Source of the DNA: the human T2T-CHM13v2.0 reference genome, Homo sapiens
Assembly: GCF_009914755.1 (NCBI RefSeq)
Contig: NC_060937.1
Reading direction: 5' to 3' (one strand)
DNA length: 64,000 nucleotides
Both the position numbers and the translations under genes were made by a program. This document shows, in pieces, positions 1 to 15,473 of the stretch. The first letter of the stretch is position 1, and each line of letters begins with the position of its first letter. The notes below the pieces were generated by a model that saw only the letters and a program-made list of their open reading frames with translations, did not search any database and was not told where the DNA came from.

Positions 1-970
1 CTTAAAAATGAGCAAAGGACATGAATAGAATAGTTAATTCTAAAAAGGAGATTTACAAATGGCCATTAGGTGTATGAAAAACTGCTCAGTGTCGCTAATT
101 GTCAGGGAAATGCACATTGCAGCCACAAAAAAAATATTACCTCATACCTGTAAAAATTGCTACTATTAAAAAACAAAAGATAAGTTTTGGCAAAAAGAGA
201 AGCAAAAGAAACCCTGGCACACTGTTGGTGGGCATGTAAATTTGGACAATCATTATGGAAAACAGTATGAAGGTTCACCAAAAAAATAAAAACTAAAACT
301 ACCACATGATCCAAGAATCCCACTACTGGGTATATATCTAAAAATACTGAAGCCAGTATGTCAAAGAGACATCTGCCTTCCCATGTTTATTGAAGCATTA
401 TTCACAGTAGATAAGAAATGGAAAAAAAAATTGCCTATCAATGAGTGACTGGATAAAGAAAATGTGGTACTTTTCATTGTGTCTTACTAGTCATAACAAA
501 GGGCACATATATCACCATTTGTAATAACATGGATGAACCCAAAGGGCATTATGTTAAGTAAAAGGATCCAGGCACATAAAGACAAATGCCATATGATCTC
601 ACTCACTATGTGAAATCTAAAATACTTAATCTCACAGATGTAGAGAGTAGAATGATGAATACCAGGGGCTGAAGTGGTTTGGGGATGAGTGCGAGATTTT
701 AGTCAAAGTACACAAATGTTAAAAGGAATAAGTTCAAAAGATCTATTATACAACATTGTGACAATAGTTAATAACAATATATGTATTGTATTATTGAAAA
801 CCACTGAGAAGAGATGTAAATTGTTCTCAGCCCCACAATAAAAAATCCGTGAGGTAATGCTTATGTTAATTAGCTAGATTTAGTCAGTCTAACATACAAA
901 TACGTATTTTTTAAAACTTGCTGTACATAATAAATACATAATTTTATCTGTCAATTTAAAAAACAAATAA
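1..970 (+). mobile_element. L1MA-type LINE-1 3' end (ORF2 tail and 3'UTR)
   Basis: Diverged L1 motifs (aaaatgagcaaaggacatgaataga; ccacatgatccaagaatcccactactgggtatatat; gaggtaatgcttatgttaattagct) ending in an A-rich tail. Confidence 0.85.
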
Positions 971-971
971 G

Positions 972-1313
<342 letters not shown>

Positions 1314-1570
1314 TTAAGCAACAGTTTACTCATCAGTAAAACAATTTGGTAAAATATCAATTTACTTGGGCCCAAATAAGTATCAAGTAAGTTAATATGT
1401 GACACTTTTAAGATGATAAATGAAGGAAATGAGAGTGTTTAGGTGAAAAGTAAGGAAAGAAATGAAGAACCTGACTTTTAAGTTAAAGAATACAGTCTAG
1501 GAGGAAAAACCACAGGAAAAGACAACATGATATATTTCGAAAACAAAACAACAAAAGGATCAGCATATTA

Positions 1571-1745
1571 AGAATATAATTGGAGTGTTTGTAACACAAA
1601 GGATATATGTCTGAGGGAACAGATATTCCATTTTCCATTATGTGGTTATTATGCATTACATACCAGTATCAAAATAGCTCATATATCCCATAAATATATA
1701 CACCTACTATGTACCCACAAAAACTAAAAATAAAAAGTTAAAAAA
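1571..1745 (+). mobile_element. L1MA1-3-like extreme 3' end
   Basis: tgtttgtaacacaaagga...cataaatatatacacctactatgtacccacaaaaact followed by an A-tail. Confidence 0.75.
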
Positions 1746-2046
1746 GAAAGACTATAAAGTGTGGTGTAAAGAATAGCAGATGGAGAGAGAAGCAGATTCC
1801 AATTTACGAAGGAGCATGACTTTAACGAATTTTGGCTTACAACAGAATATAGAGAAAATGTCAACCTCTTTATTTTACCTTTAAAAGATAGATGCAGTTT
1901 TTCACAAACTCTTTTCCACAAATTAAAATAAGTTTATGTACTTAAGTCTAGAAAATAGCAACCTAAACGGAAGGACAGAAGACATAAATCACAAATGAGG
2001 CATTAAAGAGCAATTTTAGATGCTAGACAATACCAATCCTGAATCG

Positions 2047-2139
2047 AGAAAGAAAGAAAGAGAGAGAGAGAGAAAGAAGGAGACAAAGAGAGAGAGGGAG
2101 AAAGAAAGAGAGGAAAGAAAGAAAGAAAGAAAGAAAGAA

Positions 2140-2171
<32 letters not shown>

Positions 2172-2312
2172 AAGAGAAAAGAAGACAGAAAAAGAGAGAG
2201 AGAGAAAGAAAGAAAAAGAAAGAGAAAGAAAGAAAGAAAAGAAAGAAGGAAAAGAGAGAAAGAAGAGGAGGGAGAAGAGGAAAAGGAGAAGAGAAGGGAG
2301 AGAGGGAGGCAG
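2047..2312 (+). repeat. Polypurine (GAAA)n/(GA)n microsatellite tract
   Basis: About 265 bp almost exclusively G/A. Confidence 0.95.
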
Positions 2313-2883
2313 GAACTAAGATGAGTGTAGGGAAATGTAAGAGATGATAAGAAGTAATTTCAGAGATACCTTTCTTGAGAATCTGTGAATATAATTATTT
2401 GGTTGGAAATTTTGAGGTAAGTGTCTACTCAGATGCTAGGCTTGAAGCTTGAGTTGTGGAAGTAAGTTTCAGAATTAAGTTTACAAAAATATACACAGCT
2501 TAATATTGGATTATTTTCTTACACTACTAAAAAAGTATTAGCATATTGATAAGGCAACCCAAATGTTTATAGTATACATGGCCATGGAGTTTTGCATTAA
2601 TATCTTATGGAAAGATTTTGAGTTACATGCTACTATCTTGATTATAAAATTTTTTTACTAGAGAAGCTAAGGGGCTAGATTGGGCACATACCCTGTAAGA
2701 GACGTTACATACAAAGAGTTTCCAATACAAAAGTGGTTAGTTTATCTAACAACTCAAATAATCAGATAAGTAAAATCATGTTACCTTGTTAAGCAGGATA
2801 ATCATTTTATGTGTGCTTCTCTTCACAGCAAGTAAAAATTTTTAAAAAATGTAACAAAGGTTATGACTTAATAAAATTAATAA

Positions 2884-3152
<269 letters not shown>

Positions 3153-3289
3153 CAAGTGTATTCTTAAGTGAAACTAGAATTCTGCTTTACAGAAAATGTG
3201 TGATGGTAAAGAAGATCATGATTTCTGGTGTCATTTGGTGCCACCATCTTGGTTTGTACCCAGGTCTCAGTAGTTTTGTCAACTATAGT

Positions 3290-3430
3290 TTTTGCAAAAT
3301 CAGTACAAAATCCAAAACAGTGAAAAAAAGAAAATAATATCTTAGTATTATCTTGATATTAGATTTTATCTCCTAATAGAGTCTCAGGGACACCCAGGAT
3401 GCTGCAGAATATACTTTGCGAATCACTGCC
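3290..3430. mobile_element. hAT-Charlie (MER-type) DNA transposon end fragment
   Basis: aataatatcttagtatta...gtctcagggacacccagg...atactttgcgaatcactg resembles the Charlie-type terminus cacactttgagaaccactg. Confidence 0.45.
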
Positions 3431-3791
3431 TTAGGCAACTGGTAAGGGCAATTCCATGGAGTCAAAGTCAAAGTTCTTTTTTGTTTTTCCTTTTGCTGAA
3501 AAGCAACATCAAATTCTTATAGGGCTGTGGTAGCAGAAATGTTTAGCCAGTCTACTAAACATTTTATTTCCTCTTTGAAACTTAGGATATTTCCTTGGCA
3601 GCTGATTTCAAGTTTTAGAATTCACTAGGGACAATGATATGTCTTCCTCCAAAGTGGCTCATATAATGAATTGGAGTCAAAGATTTTTTTCTTTCTTATT
3701 TTTCTATTTTGACTTTATTTCTATTAGAAAATCAGTTCAGAGTTACTAAATGATGGTAGTTTATTCCACAGATATACAAGAATATTAATGA

Positions 3792-3830
3792 GACACACAC
3801 ACACACACGCACACACACACATATATATAC
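3792..3830 (+). repeat. (CA)n(TA)n microsatellite
   Basis: acacacac...atatatat. Confidence 0.9.
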
Positions 3831-4289
3831 ATGTGTGTATCTTTTTTTCAAGCACAAAGGGAAACTGCAAATTTAAATCTCAAGAACCATCCCAAAAGAA
3901 TTATTCAAAGTATACAAAGTATTCCAGACAGGAATATTAATATGATTTACATGTGACATAGGAATAAAAGTATAAAGCATTTTATATCATTGATTACTGC
4001 AGTAAACTCTAGTTGGCTGCAGAGAGGTAGGCAAAATTTAGTGGAAAAATAGAGAACAAGATGAGCCCTCAAATAAGGGCTCCAAATATCCAAATAAGAT
4101 GGTATAATACTTCATACGCATTTTTTTATAGAAAGTACATGTTTTATTTTCCTCTTCTTAAAAAATGTTAATAAACTAGGACACATAATAAAAGCTAGAA
4201 CTACATGTTCTCTGTATTTATCCACTTACATGGTAGAACTTTTTACTTTTACTTTTCATTATTCTCCTTCCCTAGAGATTGCTGACGTT

Positions 4290-4358
4290 CCTTATTTAGT
4301 TGGGAGGGTGCAGTTGTCCCTTATTAGTTGAGAGGGTGCAGTTGTCCCTTATTTAGTG
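4290..4358 (+). repeat. Tandem duplication, ~29-bp unit x2.3
   Basis: ccttatttagttgggagggtgcagttgtc repeated. Confidence 0.85.
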
Positions 4359-4950
4359 ATTTTTCCAAACTATTTTTGCAAAAATTATATTCCTTGGCTG
4401 TGTGGCCACTGAAGTCTCTGTTCCATATATTTGTGGCCAGCCAGTGACCTGACAGAAATTTCCTTGAATGCCTGAATTCAATAAGAAAAGAGAGAAAGAA
4501 GAAAATGTTCTGTCTCCTTACGTTCCCCCTGCAGATACTGCCCAGGAAGTCTTCTCAGACCAAGGAAGCAGAAACAGTGGCTAGTCCATGCAGTGATCCC
4601 TCAGTGAACAGTCAGGCAGATCACACAACCTCGATTCCTAGAGGCAAGGTTCTTAGCGGCCAATCTGGCACCAGCAAGCCACCTCAGGAACGTCGTTCAC
4701 TATTCCTACAGCTGTGTACCATGGGAATGGAGGAGGGGAGATGGTAGCTGCTATGCAAAATGACAAAATTCATCAAAACTTATGATCTTTTTTCTTCACC
4801 AGCATTCTCTTCAGTGCTGTAAGTATTCAGCTATACTCCAGAGTCCTGTAACAGTTGTTCCCATGGTTTTGTCAACTAAATCGTTTTTTTTTTAATTGAA
4901 GAAACTAATTCTTGAAACTTCCTACTCTGCCATCCTCCATGATGTCACTT
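4350..4950 (-). mobile_element. Old L1M 5' end
   Basis: Reverse complement begins aagtgacatcatggaggatggcagagtagg (L1M 5' start motif); also gccactgaagtctctgttcc. Confidence 0.6.
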
Positions 4951-7189
4951 TCACAATGCAGACACAAATTTTAATGACATGACTAACTCCTTTTTTGGTA
5001 CAATCCAATTTTCCTTATTACCTTTCTCTGTAGGTAATTCAATATAATATTTTGTTTTGTTCATAGTATTTAATTCTATTCTGTTACTAATTGTATACTT
5101 AAAATTTTTACTGCTAAAAGTATTGATACTGTTATTCTCTTTCATTTCCTAACCATATTTTTCCTTGGCATTTTTTCATCCAACGTTACCATTTATTTAA
5201 ATTTTTTTTATTTCTCAGAATATTTGAATTAAAATAGTCTATCTCTCCATTCATGGTTGACTACAATATTTGACTACAGTATCAATAGTTTTTGTCCTTC
5301 AGAAACTTTCAATTTTGTTGCCCAAACAATTGAATTGGCAATTACAAGAAATAAATAAAATTATTTAGTTTGTAAAAATTACCACTTTGTAACTTTATGA
5401 AATAAATTAAATTCATGGAAGAAGAATCAGACAAATTAATTCCCTTATGTACACTATTCCCAAAAATATGTAACCATGAAAATTAAATTTTATCCTTAGG
5501 AATTCTTTAGGAAAAGTTATAATGTAGTGAAATGTTGAGTCACCTAGAATAGCAAATTGTATTTATCCTAAAAGCCACAATTAGATGATAAATGGGCACA
5601 TAACAAAGTTGGCAGTCAAGTGCCCAATGAGAAAAAAAGTTGCAAAAATCAATTCTATTATAGATTGCAGCATCAACTACATATTTCTTTTTAAATGATT
5701 TTAAAGTAGCACATTCACTGTAAATGCATCAAGTTGAACCTTGCTTTTGAAGTTGATAGCATTGGCACTTCAGTTCCTGTGGAAAAAAAAATTAAAAAAG
5801 AATAAAATTGTGCCCTCCATGAGAAAAGTTCAGCTCTCTAGAATTTCATCCCTAAAATTTGAAAAGACGAATTAGTCAATTTTTTTATTGGTTTTGTTTC
5901 TAAATCGTTTTCTTATGTATAAAAGTCAATGAAATGTGAACTTCGATGTCATTTCTGTAAAAGTTAATCATTAGTTTTGCAGTGATTTCTGGGTAATAAT
6001 CTGTGGGAAAAAAAGAGACCTGTGTAAAACAATCTGATACAGATCTTTAGGTTTTAGCTAAGGAGCATGACTTTATGGTGGTTTGCATGCTTAGTCAACA
6101 TGGACAAACTAAGATTTATTTCAAATTAGATAGTAAAATGAATAACAAATACTTCATTTTTCCCTGTCACCTCAAGTACAAAAGGGAAACACAGATGTAG
6201 ACACTGTAACCTAAATAAGCCATGTTCCAGCAAACACATGCTATTTTTCTCCATTACATTCTTGACGTAGTCTGACCTGTCCAAATATAGGGATTTCGGT
6301 GACACTAAATTATATTAGGACTTCTAAAAATTTTAACTTCTGATCCACTGAGAAATTAGAGTTAATGTAAAATTCATGTCCAGTTTGTTAATGAAATAAA
6401 CATGTTGTCAACCCTAACCCATTTTGTGAGAGCCCACACTACAGCTCTCCAAAATCATTTGGGAAAATAAAAAAGCATTTCCTTTGTTCTGTTTAGAAAG
6501 GGAAAAATAAAAGGAAAACAGCTACTGTCCCTAGCCTGGAACACTGAAATACAACTCCTGTTCATATTAGATGGCAGATTCCTGCCTTTAATTAATTGTT
6601 GCAATTAAATTTAAGAAGAAATACAGGTGTTGCCTGAAGCATAATCCTCAAATTTCATGTCTTCAGAGGCCTAGAGATAATTTCAAAATTGTATGTGTGA
6701 TAAAATATAAATAGTGATAGCGTGAGATAAAATACCTATATACAGTGTCATATTCAATATCCAAATGAGTAAAAAATAAAAATGTGGAAAACTCCAAGAT
6801 TTAAACAATAAATTAACTACTAATAAAGGTAATCACATCTGAACACTGAAAATATTACAAAGTTAGCAAATTAAAATTACATTTTAGAGTATACATTAGA
6901 GAATACTTTATCCACCAGTAAATGTTCACTAGCTCTCTCATATATGCTTTACACGGTGAGAGTTATGATGAAATAGAAGAGAAATATAACTCCTACTCAC
7001 AAATTTTTTAACAATTTTGACTGGGCAAATAGAAATGAATAAGCATATCTGTGATAAAGAAACATAATATGTTGATATGAATTTTGACTTGGACATATAT
7101 TAATTATAAAAATGTATATTTGGATTTTACAAGTAATTTTAATTTACTAACTTACAAAAAGGAATGATCAAATGGCAGGTACTAGGGAT

Positions 7190-9110
7190 TCCAATTCTAG
7201 GTAAAATATGGAATGCAACATGGCTTGTGCCATGTGCTTGTTCACTTCAACTCTAATAAGAAAAAAAATGAATTGACTATAAAATAGTAGGCTTTTTTAA
7301 AGACCACAGAAAGAAGAGAAAGAAAAAAACGATAAAAGTACAAAATTTCATCAAGATGTAAGTTCCTCATGGGAAAAAAGACTCATCCTGGGTAGAGTGT
7401 CAATAAAAAGATAAGACAGCCACTTATGAGATCCATCAATCCCACTACTAAGTATATATTTAAAGGAATTAACATCAGTATGTTAAAAACATATCTGCAC
7501 ACCTATGTCTACTGCAGCATCTTTCATAATAGCCAAGATATGGAAGTGTTCGTCAACAGTTGAATGCATAAGCTGTGGCACACATGCACAATAGAATACT
7601 GTTCAGCCAACAACAACATCAAAAGGAAATCCTTTCATTTGCAACAACATGGATGAGCCTGTAGGACGTTATGTGACATAAAATAAACCAGGCACAGAAA
7701 GACAAATACTGCATGATTTTATCTATATGAAGAATTTTTTAAAGTTGAATTCATAGAAGTAGAGAATAGAATGATGGTTAACCAGGGCTGGGAGGCATGT
7801 TGGGGAAATATTGGTCAAGGATACAAAATTTCAGTGAGATAGGAAGAATTTCAAGAGATCTATTGTACAACATAGAGACTGGTGAATAACGATATTTTGT
7901 AATCTTGCAAATCACTGATATTAGGTTTTAAGTATTCGCACTACAAAAAATAGGTATTTGAGGTAATGAATATGTTAACTAGCTTGAATGCGTAATTCTG
8001 CTATGTACGTATACATATTTCAAAGCATCATGTGGTACACATTAAATACATACAATTTTTACTTGGATTAAAATTAATTAAATTAATATTTTTAAAAGAC
8101 AAAGCCACCCTTGATAAAATAAAATTTCTAAAGACCCACTTGTCAACACTTTCCCTGGGATTGCACCAAGTGCATGAATTGGTACACAGGAGGCTGAAGG
8201 AAGAACAAAAGATTTAAGAAAGTGTTCCTTGGAGCATTCAGACCCTTCCTCAGCCCAGGCTGAGATAGTGTAAGAGGGTAGAGAGTCAGGACATCTCAGA
8301 GTACACTGAGTACACTGCAGCCACACCCTGAAAGCTAGAAGAGGGCAATGGTGAAGATAGATCCACAGAGGACATAAAACTAGAGGCTGGGCTGTCCTGG
8401 AGAGCAAAGAAAATGTCTTGGTAATAGAGAAAGATTGCAGGCAGGCTGTAAAGAAGAAAGAGCACACACATGATTCAGAAGGCTGAGAAATTGGCTATAA
8501 AGCTGCAATATTTCTATGTGGTCTCTCTGAAGGGAAAGACTTCATCCCACTCTCAAAAGATTTGAAGATAATAGTGAACTAAAAATAATTAAAGCTATAA
8601 CAAATCCCCTACTTAATCTAACTAAACGTTATATTTACTGAGTCCCTCATAGAATTTGCCTGGCAGACAACATGCCCTTTGTGTGGTTGAATGTTATTTA
8701 CTTGAGCCTCTACGGTGCTTTTGAATGAATGTTTGGTGTATAGTCAAAAATTTTAAGATGCACACACACAAGCAAGTAAATCTAAACCATGTATAACACA
8801 GGAAATAGTCAATAGAAGAAACACGAAGGTGATCTAGTTGGAATTTTCAGAGAAGAAACAATATAATTCTAATAAACATATGTTAAAAATGAAGTAGAAA
8901 AAAATGGAGAACACACATGAACAAATGATGAACTTCAGGAGATAGATGACATATATAGAAAAATTAAATCCCAAAATTGAGAAAAGACAATATCAAAACT
9001 GAGTTTTTTCTCAATAGACATAAGAAAAGGTTAGATTCGGCAGAGTAAAAAACCAGTTATCTTGATAGTATGTTACTAGAATGTATCCAAACAAAAACAA
9101 AAGACAAAAT
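7190..9110 (+). mobile_element. Old L1M 5'UTR/ORF1 remnant, interrupted by an L1MA 3' piece
   Basis: A-rich degenerate L1 ORF1-like sequence at 8700-9110 and 5'UTR-like sequence flanking the L1MA. Confidence 0.45.
7425..8090 (+). mobile_element. L1MA-type 3' end
   Basis: gatccatcaatcccactact...cataatagccaagatatgga...caagagatctattgtacaacat...gaggtaatgaatatgttaactagcttga. Confidence 0.85.
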
Positions 9111-11513
9111 GAAGGTGGAGGTAGTGATTAAAATTCCTATATCTTTCTTGCTTGATCTGGTAAATAACAAATAACAGAAGAAATTTAAAATTTTGTTTCA
9201 CAATAGTTCTCCTTGAAGAGACATGCTTCAAAAAGTTTCGGAGACAATTTTTGCTTAAAAGTATAAAATGATGAGTGTTATATACTTAGCTTACACTCTT
9301 TCAATATGAGAATTCTACTCTCCTTTAGTTATGGAAGCCTCAATAATATTTATTTCCTTTATGTCCTTATTAATAAATACAATATAAGATAGCTAATAAT
9401 TGCTAAGTAGTTTAGAAAAATGTGTTCTTATTATTTTGAGAAATATATATAATACCCCAATATCATAGATCCAATTTCACTTGTTCAGGATAATTTTAAT
9501 GATAATATTATTTTATCCTTACTTTTTCTCGTTTTAAGTGAACAAGTTGGGTTTATTATGTATTGCAGTGAAGGAGAATGCCTGCCATGGGGAACTGTTA
9601 GGCAACTGTTCTCCAATCTAGCATTCTTTTTACTACATCTTGCTTACAAGACAGTGTTTGAAAGCATATGATTCAGATGTGCTGTGGTTTTTAATGAAAC
9701 CATCAAACTGTACCTGAACATGATGAAAACGAGTCCCTACTAAAGATAAAGTGAGGAAAAGAAAGATCAAAAATAGAAATTTTGAGTAGGGTTGATTTCT
9801 GTGCAACAGCCTCCAAGAGTTAAAATAGAAAGTTCCCAACAATCCTTGTGCTTTTAGCCACAGTTTGTTTCCTTAGATCTATAAAGTGTATCATCACTTC
9901 CACTATGTACAAAGTAAGTTACAATAATGATTGGTAGTAAAGAGTTAATGGTGTAAGAGTAGGCTTCATATATTATTCAAGAAACATCTGAACAAGGTCA
10001 TCTACTTATTTTCTTTCAACTGCATCTGGTTGCAGAGTCAGAGAAGTAATGAATTTTTTCTTCCTGCCAAGTTACTGTAAAACAAAGGTTTCCCCATGAT
10101 TTATCTAAAGTTATCTGTGAAGTGACCGATTAGTGAAATATTATTCCAACACATTTTTCTCACACTTATAAAACTTTAACTGCTGATAGTGCATAAAATC
10201 TCACAGACTTAAATGTCATCTATAATTTCATGTCAATAGGAAATGTCAATTCTGTAGGAAAAGTCTAATATTTATAGACATTTCAAAGCTCTCATTAAAA
10301 AACAGAATCTCTAAAGAGTGAATTAAAAATTGACTTTCATAATTGCATGTAATTAAATTGTGAATATGGTGATATGAAAGAATTATAATCCTTCTCCAGC
10401 TAACCTATGCCCAGTATAATTTATTTTCTTTACCTTTATAAGGAACCTAGTCAAATATAGAAATATATATTTCTGTATAATTAATTGTTTCATGGCCAGA
10501 AGTTTTCTTTCACAAAATAAACATCCTCTTTGTGGAATAAAATAGTGGAATGAAAGAAAATCATGCCAAAGTCTTCTTTTCCTTTTTTCCGGAGGTACAC
10601 CATTGAAAAAATACTTTTTGATGGTTTGCTTACTTTTGTCAACCATCTTACAATGTTCTAAAATAGCTTTTCTATTTTTCATTTTAACTCCCCTTATTTT
10701 ATTTACATCACTTTTTTGTATTTATAGTTTACCTGATTTTGCTCCAGGGGAATGCAATGCCTTGTTGGTTAATAAAATTTAAAGTGTATTGAACGTGTAA
10801 AAATAACCTCGTAATATGTAGGCTACTGTTACTGCAGTGCCTACTAAATGCTAGATGCTCTTCAGCTTTTTTACACAAATTAAATGTTTTAATTAAATTG
10901 ATGCGTTTCCGGTTAGTAAAGATAGTCCCACATTATAGGTTAATAAAAATGAAGTTCAAAGAATGTGATCACCTTGCTAAGGGTATATTGCATTGTCGAG
11001 CGAGAGAATCAGAATCTGAATCTAGTCCTATGTGATTGCAAAGTTCAGATAAACTGTCTACGCTTTGAAGAAAAATTGATTTTAAAGCGGTATTTTCATA
11101 GTTTCTGCAAAATTTCCACTGGCTTTATTACTAGAAAGAACATTCCATCACTGTAATGCTGAGGAACCCTAAAGTGAGCACTGCTCTGCTACCTTTGCCA
11201 AATTCCTTGGAGAGAAGACAGCAAGTATTCTACTTGCCACTACTGAGCACCTTCAATTTTTACAACTTCTTAAATGATGGTGCTTACTAACAACCTCAAA
11301 CCATGCCCAATTACTTTCTCAAACACTCACCTTAAATATTACAGCTATTTGTTAAATTGTCATTTTAATTTATTAATCCTCTATACTTTTACAAAAATCT
11401 CATTTCAAAGTAAATTAAATAACACTAAATTATGAATAATAAAAAGATACCCAATATTTCTGTATTTCTGTAAAACATAGTATTTCTGTAAAACATACTT
11501 TCTTAGGTGAAGT

Positions 11514-12094
11514 TGAGCAGTGAGTCCAGCTGGGCTTCCTGGGTCGAGTGGGGACTTGGATAACTTTTCTGTCTAGCTAGAGGATTGTAAATGCACCAAT
11601 CAGCCTTCTGTGTCTAGCTAAAGGTTTGCAAATGCACCAATCAGCGCTCTGTAAAAACAGACTAAACAGCACTCTGTAAAATAGACCAGCGCTCTGTAAA
11701 AAGGACCAATCAGCAGGACATGGGCAGGGTCAAATAAGGGAATAAAAGCTGGCCGCAGGAGCCAGCAGCTCAACCTGCTCGGGTCGCCTTCCAGGCTGTG
11801 GAAGCGTCGTTATTTTGCTCTTGACAATAAATCTTGCTGTTGCTCACTCTTTAGATCCACACTAGCTTAATGAGCTATAACACTCACTGTGAAGGTCTGT
11901 GGCTTCACTCCTGAAGTCAGTGAGACCACGATCCCACCAGAAGGAAGAAACTCCAGACACAACTGAATATCTGAAGGAAAAAACTCCGGACACACCATCT
12001 TTAAGAGCTGTAACACTCACCATGAGGTTCCACAGCTTCATTCTTGAAGTCAGTGAGACCAAGAACCCACTGGTAGGAACCAATTCTAGACACA
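11514..12094 (+). mobile_element. Solo LTR12 (LTR12F-like, HERV9/ERV1)
   Basis: TG...CA ends; repeated tgtaaatgcaccaatcagc; terminal gaagtcagtgagaccaagaaccca...gacaca; 4-bp TSD aagt (11510-13, 12095-98). Confidence 0.93.
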
Positions 12095-15000
12095 AAGTGA
12101 CCCTGAAAAAGACTGAGATGGAACCGTTTATATGAAGATTATTAAAGAAGGCTCTCAAGAATAATGCTTGCAAAAGAATGAGCGGAGGAGGTTTGGGAGA
12201 CGTAGAAGGGCTTCAATGCAGCTGCAACAAGTACGCCATCATAGCAAAGCATAGTTAAGAATTTGGAACGGCCCTTTAAAAAGATTCCATCTTGACTCAC
12301 GTGGTCTAGGCCTTTCTACTACCAGATTGACCTGTCATCTGTTATGGACTACATCCTAGAAAGGAATAGATTTTGCTGAGACAGTTTTCTTTGGCTGAGG
12401 TCAATTGGTGTGAGCAATCATCATCCCAAACTCCAGAAAGCTAGGGAAATAAGCACCTCATTAGCAAAGAGATTTGTTTAGTGCAAAACAGTAACCATTG
12501 CATATATCATTAAAGGTATGAAAGTGTCAATCCCCTAGTATCCATTAGAAATAAAAAGACAGAAATAGATCATGCAACTTCATAAATTTGAAATCTGTAT
12601 GAAAAGGACTGGAAAAAGAGTGTGAACAGATATATGAAATTTAATTGTATTAAAATGTGCCTATTCATAGCCTGCAGACAAGGAATATCTAAGACGAGAA
12701 AAAGGGGCTTTGGAAGTTCTGTTTACAAAGACATCTTTCATGACAGATTTGTGCTGTATTATGAAAGAGAATCTTATTCTTTTCACATGAGGATGTGGCC
12801 AGTGTTTTTGTTTGTTTATCTTAATATTCATAGTGTATCATATGCTAACGAAATGCAAATAACATCAATTCTGGATTATTCGCAGGAACTTATAATTCAT
12901 TCCTGAGTAATTTAGATGGCAAAATAAAAACAAAAACTTTGTCATAGGTTGTTTATGAAGCTTACAGTGTATAAAATTATAACTCATTCATGTATATTTT
13001 AACACAAATTTGTAGTGTCATATACAGATTTGAAAAAGTGTAGAAAAATTTTGAATAGGAAATGTTACTATCAAAAGTAAAATGAACTTAATTTACATGG
13101 ATAAATATGTTTCTCTGTGTAATTAAATTAACTTTTATCCAGTTTCTTAAACTTATTTCCTTTAACATTTTGACCTAACAAATAAAGTAGGTGAACATTC
13201 TAGAAATAAAGCATTGATATTATCCTCTTAGTTATGGGGAAATACAAAATATAGCTAAATCAAGTGACATCTTTTAAAAAATAAAACAACTATTTTTTTT
13301 CCAGGAATGTATAAAGATTGTTGATTAACCCATCTACCTAAATTGTAATGTATATGTTAATTAAACTATGGATGAGTACCTTTTCTAAAGATAATCAAAG
13401 AGAGCGGACTTCTTTGACATCCTGTAATTCTAAAAATATTTCACAAAATACATTTTTCTTTTTCATTATAGGACACAACAATTTTAGAATTTGAAGTTTT
13501 TAATCCATTAAAACAATTTTCTAAGAAATAAGATGACTAATAATTTAATTATATTTTTAAAGTTTGCACATTAAAAATCATAAGCCCATTACATTTCTGT
13601 AAAGCAGCATTCTCTACTGGGAGGTTTAAACTAAGAATCCTTCCTAAGTTCATATATGAATCTTCTCTAAATTGCAAATTTAAAGAAAATAATATGGTAA
13701 TATTACTTTACATCCCAGTTTTGCAAAAGCTAGCTAAAATAGGTAAACATTAAATATGTATGGTTTTCAATCTGTAGAATTTTCTATTTTATGCCAGATG
13801 ATAGAAGTTTAAATTATATATAATTTATTATAATACATTATTATTTATTTATAAACAATTTTACTCTAATTATATTCATTCATTTTTATTTTCTTTTATC
13901 TTTTCTATGAAATATGAAACCACCACATTTTATTACTTTCATTCTATATCCCTTTAAATGATTGTTTTAAGTAAACGTATCAATAATCAGAGTTATTTTC
14001 TATCACATCTGATTCTAAAGTGTTGTATATTATACATTACAAAATAACATCATTTAGTAAAAAAAGAAATATACCGTCGCTAAAATTCAAGTGATTTTTG
14101 TTTTGTTTAATATGAATATCATATTAGAGTTTTCTAATACAGAATCAACATTTGTTACAACAGACATATACTAATTATTATTGATCTCTCAATTGCCGTG
14201 CTTATAGTGTCCTCAAGTAATTAAGTGTGAGTAACTCTTGGCCAACTACAGGCATGCTCATTATTAAGACTCATTCATGAATGCCGGCCTCTAAGAAACT
14301 TTTCCTAAATACCCACAAGAGCTCAAATTCAGCTAAACTTTCTCTGCATCACTCCATGTCTTCAAACTTTTACCTAATTATTTAATCACAATTTACAACC
14401 CTTGAGGGCACTCTTCAAATCACCAAATTTGTGTATGGGATTGTTTGTGGTACCATAATATATTCCCACAGCTTCACCCACTGTTTGTTGCAAGGTTTGC
14501 ACTCAGTGACTGTCTAATGACTTAACACTTTCAGGGACTAATTAATCTAATAATTACAATTTACAGTTCCCCAAGGATTACAATAAGAAATTCAAAGTAT
14601 TTCTATAAACTTGAAAAGAAAAATATATTAAAAGCTTTTGAAGCTAAAGTGATGCTTGTCCAGTATATTGCAGAGTTCATTGTAATGATTCTTAATTAAG
14701 CAAAATATCCCTTAACTCCATTCTATATTTTTATATTTAACTACATAATTTGCAATAATTAATTTGCTATTATTTATATTTTTTGTAAAGCTTGTAAGTA
14801 TTGTTTCCATGTTATATGTTTTCCTTTTATTTACCTTGATGGATGGTCACTTTAGATTAGGGTTTGTAACTCTAACTGAACAGTTTTTAAGTAAAAGTTG
14901 ACCTGCTAGACGATTGCACATTGGAAGAAGTCAGGCATAAAAAAATTATGTCAAAGTGAAATAAATGTATGTATCCGAAAATGTGAAATAGCAGTACATA

Positions 15001-15181
15001 TAATTCAAGACAAAAACAATCAAGTTTCTGAAATTGTTTAATTATGAAAAAGAAAGAATTCTTAGGAGAAAGGAAGTAGAGTAATATTATTTTAATTTCT
15101 AAAATAAAATTTAATTTTGTTTCTTTCTGTTTTGCAATGATTGATGTATAAATTAAGCATAGATTAATTTGTTCAAAAACA

Positions 15182-15473
15182 TTTTATTTTTAAGAGACAG
15201 AGTCTCACTCTGTCACCCAGGCTGTGGTGTATTGTCACCTACCTAGCTCACTGCAGCTATGAACTCCTGGGCCCAAGTGATCCTCCTGCCTCAGCCTCCC
15301 AAGTAGCTGTGAATACAGACACGTGCCACCAAATGCAGCTAATTTTTTACTTTTCAGTAGAGACAGAGACTCTGTATGCTAGCCAGGCTGGTCTCGAACT
15401 CATGGCATCGAGTGATCCTCTCACTTCATCCTCCCAAAATGCTGAGATGATAGGAGTGAGCCACCGTTCCCAG
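15182..15473 (-). mobile_element. AluJ
   Basis: gagacagagtctcactctgtcacccagg...gaactcctgggcccaagtgatcctcctgcc (J-type), diverged. Confidence 0.9.

Noticed and set aside
2020-2319. 99-aa K/E/R-rich ORF
   Set aside because: Translation of a GA microsatellite that cannot contain stop codons
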